35,543 nucleotides of DNA from Lysobacteraceae bacterium (lineage in GTDB: Bacteria; Pseudomonadota; Gammaproteobacteria; Xanthomonadales; Xanthomonadaceae). Under the pieces are notes generated by a model, which saw nothing but the letters and a program-made list of their open reading frames with translations, was not told the origin of the DNA and did no database searches. Position numbers and translations under genes: made by a program. The stretch is from positions 1 to 35,543 of the forward strand of contig JAYRTK010000001.1 of NCBI GenBank assembly GCA_041919595.1. The letters are read 5' to 3'. Below, one piece after another: positions 29,401 to 35,543 of the stretch (position 1 is its first letter; each line of letters opens with the position of its first letter).

Positions 29401-29526
29401 CGGATCGATCGCCGGCAGTTCGCGCAGCGTCAATCGCGAATACGAGAGCAGCCCGAGCACGATCAACAACAGGCTGAGCACGGTCGCGAAGACCGGACGT
29501 TCGATCGAGACGTCGGACAGGCGCAC
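26404..29526 (-). CDS. RND efflux transporter permease subunit (AcrB/AcrD/AcrF family)
   Basis: 1040 aa. SIERPVFATV, GLVVDDAIVVLENI, ALTLTPMM, AAQFESF, GLAAKNGILIVEFAN, RLRPILMTS. Confidence 0.96.
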   Translation of the reverse strand: MRLSDVSIERPVFATVLSLLLIVLGLLSYSRLTLRELPAIDPPVVSVDVGYPGASAGVVETRITQVLEDALAGIEGIETLQSRSVNGRSSVTIEFTLERDIEAAANDVRDAVSRVSGRMPEEADPPEVQKADSDSEVILWLNMSSERMDTLQLTDYADRYVVDRLSALSGVSQVRVGGQQRYAMRIWLDRDALAARGLTAGDVESALRAENIELPAGRIESADRDFTLRVERGYRKPEDFAQIPLGKGADGYVVRLGDVARTELASSERRAYFRSNGVPNVGLGIVKTSTANSLDVARAARAEAERIQKGLPEGTRIFVAFDSTVFIEAAVERVWSTLFEAIALVLLVIWLFLGSARAALIPAVTVPVCLVAAFIALYAFGFSINLLTLLALVLCIGLVVDDAIVVLENIQRRADLGEPALVAAKRGTKQVAFAVISTTAVLVAVFLPIGFLEGNTGRLFRELSVALAAAVAISALVALTLTPMMSSKLVRPHAADRPNRFHAGIARALDALSRGYRRLLERSIDRIWLFGALMVAAVAASAVLFKLVPSELAPPEDRGVFFASVVGPEGAGFDYTVGQVKQVETLLLKQVGEGKPLQRVNTRVPGGFGVSEEMHTGQAIVFLQDWDKREATTDDVVSQVRKELGALPGVRVNPQVRTGLTRGGGQPFQIVLGGPDYAELAQWRDRVLARIEKNPNFFAADSDYKETRPQMRVSIDRARAADLGVSVTEIGRTLETMMGSRRVTTFVDNGEEYDVVLQADRVARATPADLAAIHVRGNDGALVPLSNLVTISELAEAGSLNRFNRLRAITLSAGLAPGYRMGDAVAWVEQVVREELPETAQIDWKGESREFRKAGGAVLITFALALLVVYLVLAAQFESFIHPLVIMLTVPLGVLGALLGLWMAGSTLNLFSQIGIVMLVGLAAKNGILIVEFANQLRDEGRNVRDAILEACAVRLRPILMTSVATVVGAVPLVVAGGPGSASRFTIGIVVIFGVAFSTLLSLFVVPAFYRLLAPYTRSPEAVKHALEKLEAETPAVGGH

Positions 29527-29529
29527 GGA

Positions 29530-30711
29530 TCAGCCTCCGGATGCGGCGGGCGGCGGCGCGGCGGACGGCGGCGCGGCAGTGGCCGGCGCTTCGACCACTT
29601 TCGCCCCGGGACGCAGCTTGCCGGTGCCGTCGACGACGATGCGGTCGCCGGCCTTCGCGCCTTCGACGATCTCTGCCTTGCCATCGGTGCGCGCACCGAC
29701 GACGACATCGATGCGTTCGACGCTGCCGTCGTCCTTCATCCGGTACAGGAAGCTGTCGCGCCCGACCTGCACCACCGCGATCTCCGGCACGCGCAGCGCC
29801 TGGCGCTCGGCGCCGGGCAGACTCACGTTGATCAGCATGCCGGGACGCAGCAGGCGTTCGGGATTGGGCAGATCGGCGCGCACCGTGATCGCGCGCGTCG
29901 ACGGATCGACGCGGGCGTCGACGGTGGCGACGACACCCTCGAAACGGCGGCCCGGCCAGGCGGCGGCGCTGCCGCCGATCGCGCGTCCGGGCGACGCCAG
30001 CGACAACTGCGCCTCGGGGATCGGGAAATCGACGTAGACGCGGGCGAGGTCGTCGAGCGTCGCGACCGCGGTGCCCGGCGTGACCAGCGCGCCGGGACTG
30101 ACCTGACGCAGACCGAGCACGCCGGCGAACGGCGCGCGGATCACGCGATCGGCAAGCTGGGCGCGGATCTGCGCGACCCGCGCGTTGGCGGTGTCGCGCG
30201 CGGCGCGCTGGTTGTCGAGCTGGGAACGCGCGATCAACTGCTGCGCCGCGAGTTCGCTCTGTCGACGGTACAGGCGCTCGGCCTCGTCGGCCGTGGCCTG
30301 GGCCTCGACGAGCGCGGCCTGCTGCTGGCGATCGGAAAGCGTGACCAGCGGTGCGCCCGCGCGCACTTCATCGCCGCTCTCGAAATGCACCGCCTGCACC
30401 AGTTCGCTGACCTTCGCGGTGACGGTGATCGATTCGCGGGCCTTGACCGTACCGATCGCGGAAATACTTTCGGCGAAGGTTTCCGGCTGCAGGCGCACGA
30501 TCGTGACCGGCGTCGGCCGATCGCCACCGGGACCGGCACCGGGACCTTTGCCCGCACCGGCTGCGGGAGATGGGTCGCCGCCGCAGGCGCCCAGCGCGAG
30601 CAGCGCCGCGCATGCGCAGGAACGCAGCGCATGACGACGGACGGAAGGGAAGGCGGAAGGCAACGGGGACCGGAGAGAGGATCGCAAGGGGGCAGGCCCG
30701 GTGGTACGCAT
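29530..30711 (-). CDS. RND efflux periplasmic adaptor (membrane fusion) lipoprotein
   Basis: Lipobox LLALGAC, IRAPFAGVLG, VDARVDPSTR, LLRPGM, GDRIVVDG. ATG 30711 is preceded by TACAAT at 7 nt. Confidence 0.92.
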   Translation of the reverse strand: MRTTGPAPLRSSLRSPLPSAFPSVRRHALRSCACAALLALGACGGDPSPAAGAGKGPGAGPGGDRPTPVTIVRLQPETFAESISAIGTVKARESITVTAKVSELVQAVHFESGDEVRAGAPLVTLSDRQQQAALVEAQATADEAERLYRRQSELAAQQLIARSQLDNQRAARDTANARVAQIRAQLADRVIRAPFAGVLGLRQVSPGALVTPGTAVATLDDLARVYVDFPIPEAQLSLASPGRAIGGSAAAWPGRRFEGVVATVDARVDPSTRAITVRADLPNPERLLRPGMLINVSLPGAERQALRVPEIAVVQVGRDSFLYRMKDDGSVERIDVVVGARTDGKAEIVEGAKAGDRIVVDGTGKLRPGAKVVEAPATAAPPSAAPPPAASGG

Positions 30712-30718
30712 GGGTCGA

Positions 30719-30724
30719 ATTGTA
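30719..30724 (-). promoter_or_regulatory. -10 element (TACAAT) 7 nt before the adaptor ATG; probable leaderless promoter
   Basis: Minus strand reads tacaat-tcgaccc-ATG. Confidence 0.5.
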
Positions 30725-30798
30725 ACCGCCGGATCGCGACACCCGAACGGCACGACGGGCACTCATCGTTGCGAAACGGCCTGTTTTCGCGCGAAACC

Positions 30799-30828
30799 AT
30801 GACGTTCGACCTAATGACCTTCGACCTA
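30799..30828. repeat. 15-bp tandem direct repeat upstream of the RND operon
   Basis: atgacgttcgaccta / atgaccttcgaccta (1 mismatch). Confidence 0.75.
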
Positions 30829-30906
30829 TGCGCGGCAGCGTCTGCTCCAGCGTTCTTCTCCGGCAGCGCCGTCCCGATCGCATCGTTCCGCCCGACCGCA
30901 GGCGCC

Positions 30907-30942
30907 ATAAACACGAACGCCGGCACGGGGCCGGCGTTCGTG
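30907..30942 (-). terminator. Intrinsic terminator after the aldolase gene
   Basis: 13-bp stem cacgaacgccggc (30912-30924) / gccggcgttcgtg (30930-30942), followed by TTTAT on the minus strand. Confidence 0.75.
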
Positions 30943-30973
30943 GGCAGTGCGGAGCGCGCCGTGGCGCGAGGGG

Positions 30974-31984
30974 TCAGCCGTTCCAGCGACCGAGCGCGGC
31001 GAGGCCGTTGTCGCGGGCGCGGGCGTAGACCGTTTCCTGCGCCTTGGCGATGTTGTTCACCAGATCCTGCGACCAGATCTTCAGCGCCGCGGACTGCATC
31101 GCGCGCCCGTAGGAGAACGACAGCGGCCACGGATGCGGCCCGACCTTGTTCATCGCGTCGAGATGCGCGGTGGCGGCTTGGTCGCTCTGGCCGCCGGAAA
31201 GGAAGACGATGCCCGGCAGGATCGCCGGCACGGTCGACTTCAGGCAGCGCAGGGTGGCGGCGGCCACTTCCTCGACCGAAGCCTGCTCCTCGCAGTCCTT
31301 GCCCGAGATCACCATCGAGGCCTTCAGGATCGTGCCGTCGAGTTCGACGCCGTGCAGGTACAGCGCGTCGAACAGCGCGCGCAGCACGGCGTCGGTGACG
31401 TTGTAGCACTCGTCGATGTCGTGGTTGCCGTCCATCAGCACTTCCGGCTCCACCATCGGCACCAGACCCTGCTCCTGGCACAGCGCGGCGTAGCGCGCGA
31501 GCGCGTGGGCGTTGGCGTCGATGCTGGCGTTGGTCGGGGTGCCGTTGTCGACGTCGATGTTGATCACCGCGCGCCACTTGGCGAACTTCGCGCCGAGCGC
31601 GGCGTATTCCTTCAGGCGCTCGCGCAGACCGTCGAGGCCTTCGGTGACGACTTCGCCCGGGCAACCGGCCAGCGGATGGGTGCCCTTGTCGACCTTGATG
31701 CCCGGGATGATGCCGTTGTCCATCATCACCTTGGTGAACGGCACGCCGGCCCGGGTCGACTGGCGGAGCGTCTCGTCGAACAGGATCGCGCCGGAGATGT
31801 GTTCGTTGAGCTTCGGCGTGGTCAGCAGCAGCTCGCGGTAGGCGCGGCGGTTCTCTTCGCTGTTGGGGATGCCCACACCCTCGAAACGCTTGGCGATGGT
31901 GGCGTTGGATTCGTCGATGGCGATGATGCCCTTGCCCGGCGCGACCATGGCGCGGGCGATGTCGGCAAGCTGTTCGATGCTCAT
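30974..31984 (-). CDS. fba: Class I fructose-bisphosphate aldolase (eukaryotic-type)
   Basis: GKGIIAIDES, ENRRAYRELL, GAILFDETL, GIKVDKG, FAKWRAV, VEPEVL, ILKASMV (Schiff-base Lys), FLSGGQS, SFSYGRA. Confidence 0.96.
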   Translation of the reverse strand: MSIEQLADIARAMVAPGKGIIAIDESNATIAKRFEGVGIPNSEENRRAYRELLLTTPKLNEHISGAILFDETLRQSTRAGVPFTKVMMDNGIIPGIKVDKGTHPLAGCPGEVVTEGLDGLRERLKEYAALGAKFAKWRAVINIDVDNGTPTNASIDANAHALARYAALCQEQGLVPMVEPEVLMDGNHDIDECYNVTDAVLRALFDALYLHGVELDGTILKASMVISGKDCEEQASVEEVAAATLRCLKSTVPAILPGIVFLSGGQSDQAATAHLDAMNKVGPHPWPLSFSYGRAMQSAALKIWSQDLVNNIAKAQETVYARARDNGLAALGRWNG

Positions 31985-32040
31985 GGAGGGGTCCTGGAGT
32001 GAGGCGGAGGGGCGGCGCTGGAGACCGCGTGAAGTCCGCC

Positions 32041-32046
32041 ATTATA
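32041..32046 (-). promoter_or_regulatory. Consensus -10 (TATAAT) for the aldolase gene
   Basis: attata on + strand, 56 nt upstream of the ATG; -35 not clear. Confidence 0.5.
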
Positions 32047-32270
32047 CCTGCTCCCCGGAGCCGGAAGAGCATTGTGAATCAATCACTTGCGCCAAGACAA
32101 AGGGCGTCCGGGCGCCCTTCTGCATACGTATTCACCAGCCGCCCGCGGATCGCCGCGCCACCGCTCCCCCGCCAGTTCCCGACCGTGATCGCGCCGGCCC
32201 GGCCACGGGCCGGACCGGCGGCCCTCACGGAACCGGGAAGCCGCCTCCGGCGGGGGCTCAGGACGGGGGC

Positions 32271-33530
32271 TCAGGTCACCCAGTCGTACTGGCGCTGGAA
32301 CTCCTTGATCCCGGTGAGCACCAGGGTGCCCGGCCCGTGCGCGTTGCGCGCCTGCGGAATGAAATCCGTGTCCAGCTCGACATTGCGGGTGCCGAACTTC
32401 ACCGCGCGGCTGTTGATCAGCAGGCTCTCGTATTCGTCCATCGACAGTTCGTAACGGCGGTCGAGCTGTGCGCCGATCCGCTGCGCCCGCACCCGCGCCT
32501 GGCCTTCCTGCGTGCCCACGCCGCTGAAGAACTCCGAACAGCAGCCGGAACCGTAGGAAAACACGCCGATCCGCTGCGGCGAGGAGAAATCGCCGTGTTC
32601 CAGGGTGCTCGCCAGCGACAGCATGGTGGTCGCGCCCATGATGTTGCCGACGCGCTGGCAATGGGTCATGCCCGGCACCACCCGGCGCTGGAAATCGGCC
32701 TCGATCTCCCTCGGCTTGGCCTTGGCGAACTTGCGCATCATGTCGCGATGCGCGCCCTTGATCATGCCGCCGAACGGCGTGTGCATCGCGAGATAACCGA
32801 AGGTGGTGGCGTAATCCGCGTCCTGTACGCGCTTGGCGTACTCGCGATACGCGCTCTCGCAGCAATCCAGGTACGACAGCAGCGACAGATCGGCGTTGCC
32901 GGCCTCGCTGTCGGGCAGCGGGCGGCAGGTATCCATCACTTCGTAACCGTAGTAGCCGTTGGCGCCGACATCCATCCGGAACACCTGCGGATCCTCGCCG
33001 ACGATCATCGCCACCGCGCCGGCACCGGCGGTGGGCTCGAAGAACGACCAGTCCTGGGTCAGGGCATCGCCGCCCTCTTCGGTCAGGAAGCGCGAAATAT
33101 CGGTGGCGATGACCAGCGCCTTGGCGCCGGGAGACGCCTGCGACAACACGAAACCGAACGCCATCTGCAGCCCGGCGACACCTGAATAACAGGCGTTCTT
33201 CAGCTCGAACAGGCGGCAGTTGCGATTGAGCCCGAGCAGCCGGTGGAAGTAGGTGCTCATCGACTTGCCGAAATCGAACGCCGACTCGGTGCTGGTGATG
33301 ACCAGCTCGATCCGGTCGCGATCCTCCGGCGACATCGCGTCGATCAGCGGCTTCGCCGCGTTCACGCCGAACGTGATCGGGTCTTCGTACGGCAGCGCGA
33401 CCGTCTTCTCCTTCATCAGCAGATTCGCGAACCGCGTCGTGTCCAGACCGCGGTGCGCCGCGAGCTTGCCCACATCGAGATAGGCGCAGCCCGCGAACGC
33501 ATTCATCGCCTCGATTCCCACCTGTGTCAT
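32271..33530 (-). CDS. pksG: Polyketide beta-branching HMG-ACP synthase (PksG-type HMG-CoA synthase homolog)
   Basis: 419 aa from ATG 33530 with RBS aaagga. EDPITFGVNAA, TESAFDFGKS, FELKNACYSG (catalytic Cys), YGYEVMDTCRP, LSLLSYLDC, HTPFGGMIKGAHR, VGNIMGAT, FSYGSGCCSEFFSG. Adjacent to a PKS gene. Confidence 0.93.
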   Translation of the reverse strand: MTQVGIEAMNAFAGCAYLDVGKLAAHRGLDTTRFANLLMKEKTVALPYEDPITFGVNAAKPLIDAMSPEDRDRIELVITSTESAFDFGKSMSTYFHRLLGLNRNCRLFELKNACYSGVAGLQMAFGFVLSQASPGAKALVIATDISRFLTEEGGDALTQDWSFFEPTAGAGAVAMIVGEDPQVFRMDVGANGYYGYEVMDTCRPLPDSEAGNADLSLLSYLDCCESAYREYAKRVQDADYATTFGYLAMHTPFGGMIKGAHRDMMRKFAKAKPREIEADFQRRVVPGMTHCQRVGNIMGATTMLSLASTLEHGDFSSPQRIGVFSYGSGCCSEFFSGVGTQEGQARVRAQRIGAQLDRRYELSMDEYESLLINSRAVKFGTRNVELDTDFIPQARNAHGPGTLVLTGIKEFQRQYDWVT

Positions 33531-33606
33531 ACCGTTTTCCTTTGCTGTGCTGTCTTGTCGCTGCGCGGACCGCCCGGCCGTGGCCGGTCGCGTCCGCCGT
33601 GAATGT

Positions 33607-33630
33607 GTCGCCGCCCCGACGGGCGGCGAC
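33607..33630. other. GC-rich hairpin between the PKS and HMGS genes
   Basis: gtcgccgccc-cgac-gggcggcgac, a perfect 10-bp stem with no U tract. Confidence 0.55.
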
Positions 33631-33668
33631 GGATGACGCATGACGCCCCGCCCGACGTCTTCTCCGGC

Positions 33669-35543
33669 TCAGGCCAGCGCCGGAGAACGCCGGTCCGACG
33701 GTGGCCGGACCAGTGCGCGGACGTAGAGATTGCGCATCGCGACGAGAACGTCGCCGTCCTCGTTGAGCAGGCGGATGTCGAACTTCCGGATCCCGGCGCG
33801 GCTGGGTTCGCCGCCATCGGCGAAGGTCGCGAGCGCATGGCAGTGCTGCGGGATCGGATGCACGATCTCGACCTCGTCGAGCGCGAACGGCACGTGCGGC
33901 GCGACGGCATCGACGCCACCGGCGAGACCGGCGACGGTCTGCAGCGCGCCGTCGATCATGCTCGGATGCAGCACGAACTGACCGTAGTCGGCCTTCATGC
34001 GATCGTCGATCCGCAACCGCGAGAGCGCGAACCCGTCGCCGACGAGGATCTCCTGGATGGTCCGGAACGCGGGCCCGTATTCGAAGCCGTGCTCGCGGAA
34101 CCGGTCGTACCAGGCCGCCCCCTCCTCGCGCCGGGTCGCACGCGCACGCAGCGCCTGCAGCGACGCGCGCTCGGGCGCGGCCACGGGCGCCGACCAGCCC
34201 TCGCGGAAGACCAGCCGGCCTTCCGAGTGCACGATGGTCTCGTGCTCGTCGTCGAAGGAGACGACCGCGAACTCGACCGCGTCGCCGATCGGCTTGAGCG
34301 AGGTGCGGACGTTCTGCGCGCCACGGCGGAAACTCAGCGGCTGCGCCCAGACGATGTCGCGGACGCTGCGCACGCGGCGCTCGCCGGCGATGGTGCCGGC
34401 GATGCAGGCCATCTCCAGGAAACCGGCGCCGGGGAAGATGCGTTCGCCGCCGACGGTGTGATCGCGGGCGTAGAACGCGCCATCCGAGAGCACCGAGGCG
34501 AAGCCGGTCTCGCGCAGCGTCGAGGCGTTGTAGCCGATCAGCGGATGCAGTTGCGCGACGCCCGCGGACACGGCCTGCGGCGCCGGCGCTTCCGCGGGTT
34601 CGGCGACCCAGTGACGGTCGCGCGCGAACGGATAGGTCGGCAGACCGATGCGATGCGGTGCGCCCGCCGGATACAGGCTCTCCCAGTCGACCTCCTCGCC
34701 CGCCGCCCACATCAGCGCCAGTTCGGACAGATCGCGCTCGCCCATCGCCAGCCGGAGCGGGCGCTTGCCGCCGCGACGCGGACCGGCGCTGCCGCGGTGC
34801 ACCCCCGCGGCATCGCTGCGGCGAACCCAGGCTTCGAGCCGATCGACCAGATCGGCGATATCGGTCACCACCGCCGACAGCCGCTCCGCCATCGCTTCGC
34901 GACCGACCTGCAGCGTGTAGCACAGATCGGACGGATCGATCGCGTGCTCCCCGCGCAACCGCACGAGCAGATGCTCGACGTATTCGCGCAGGCGACGCTC
35001 GTTCTTCGCCGACAGCACGAACAGATACGGCCCGGGCAGACGCGCGTCCTCCGCGAACAGCGGCTTCTCGTATTCCTCGACGATCACGCAGGCATTGACC
35101 CCGCCGGCGCCGAAGGAATTGATCAGCGCGCGGCGCGGATACATCGGCAGATGGTTCCACTCCGACAGCGTGCGTTGCAGGTAGAACGGCGAATCGGCGA
35201 AATCGATGTCCGGATTCACCGGATCGCTGTGGACCGTCGGCGCCAGTTGCCGATGGCGGATCTGCAGCAGGACCTTGGCCAGTCCAGCCATGCCCGCCGC
35301 CGATTCGGAATGACCGATGTTGGCCTTGACCGAGCCCATCGGACAGTAGTGCTTCTTGTCGGTCTGCTTGCGGAACGCCTGGGTCATGGCCGCGACTTCC
35401 AGACTGTCGCCGAGCCGGGTGCCGGTGCCGTGGCCCTCGATGTAACTGATCGATTCCGGATGGATCCGCGCCTTGCGCAGCGCGTTCGCGATCAGCTGCG
35501 CCTGGGCGTTCGGGCTCGGCGCGGAATAGCCGTTGGAGCGGCC
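33669..35543 (-). CDS. trans-AT type I polyketide synthase, C-terminal part (KS - flanking subdomain - DH); 5' end lies beyond the window
   Basis: Frame open from the window edge: GRSNGYSAPSPNAQ..YIEGHGTGTRLGDSLEV..GSVKANIGHSESAAG..INSFGAGGVNA (KS), then LFVLSAKN..YTLQVGREAMAER..LPTYPFAR with no AT domain, then DH (HPLIG, DHTVGGERIFPGAG, LHPSMIDGALQ). Confidence 0.93.
   Translation of the reverse strand, partial: GRSNGYSAPSPNAQAQLIANALRKARIHPESISYIEGHGTGTRLGDSLEVAAMTQAFRKQTDKKHYCPMGSVKANIGHSESAAGMAGLAKVLLQIRHRQLAPTVHSDPVNPDIDFADSPFYLQRTLSEWNHLPMYPRRALINSFGAGGVNACVIVEEYEKPLFAEDARLPGPYLFVLSAKNERRLREYVEHLLVRLRGEHAIDPSDLCYTLQVGREAMAERLSAVVTDIADLVDRLEAWVRRSDAAGVHRGSAGPRRGGKRPLRLAMGERDLSELALMWAAGEEVDWESLYPAGAPHRIGLPTYPFARDRHWVAEPAEAPAPQAVSAGVAQLHPLIGYNASTLRETGFASVLSDGAFYARDHTVGGERIFPGAGFLEMACIAGTIAGERRVRSVRDIVWAQPLSFRRGAQNVRTSLKPIGDAVEFAVVSFDDEHETIVHSEGRLVFREGWSAPVAAPERASLQALRARATRREEGAAWYDRFREHGFEYGPAFRTIQEILVGDGFALSRLRIDDRMKADYGQFVLHPSMIDGALQTVAGLAGGVDAVAPHVPFALDEVEIVHPIPQHCHALATFADGGEPSRAGIRKFDIRLLNEDGDVLVAMRNLYVRALVRPPSDRRSPALA

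Noticed and set aside
26407-31398. 1663-aa ORF on the + strand
   Set aside because: Antisense shadow of the RND permease, adaptor and fba genes. It has no recognisable motifs, and long stop-free antisense frames are expected at this GC content.
30974-31984. Eukaryotic-type aldolase as a recent horizontal transfer
   Set aside because: Class I aldolases of this type are a known feature of Xanthomonadaceae, and codon style matches the neighbouring genes.
32271-33530. Mevalonate-pathway HMG-CoA synthase
   Set aside because: The motifs (YEVMDTCRP, HTPFGGM, GNIMGAT) and adjacency to a PKS fit the PksG beta-branching subfamily; no other mevalonate genes are present.
32083-35160. 1025-aa minus-strand ORF overlapping the PKS and HMGS genes
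   Set aside because: Alternative frame of real genes, with the Arg/Gly/Ala-rich composition typical of off-frame GC-rich translation.

Overview
High-GC bacterial chromosomal window. Gene content and order (putA, tex, dusA, phoPQ, plsY-birA-coaX-SPOR-tRNA-Thr, arginase, class I fructose-bisphosphate aldolase) suggest a Xanthomonadaceae/Lysobacteraceae organism (inference). About 33 CDS and one tRNA-Thr(UGU). Most is housekeeping, but three things stand out. (1) A solitary R-body (Reb) gene at 24378-25058 that fuses a canonical RebB domain to a second, divergent Reb-like domain. (2) A single-polypeptide FakA-FakB (DAK2+DegV) fatty-acid kinase fusion heading an operon with two small unknown genes and plsY. 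(3) The last genes of a trans-AT polyketide synthase cluster with a beta-branching HMG-CoA-synthase homolog at 32271-35543, continuing beyond the window. Smaller signals include probable leaderless promoters, a PhoP-box-like triple repeat, several 12-15 bp tandem duplications and a TonB-box-like linker in a secreted two-domain protein. No transposase, integrase or CRISPR array was seen. All family calls come from reading motifs by eye, not from database searches.
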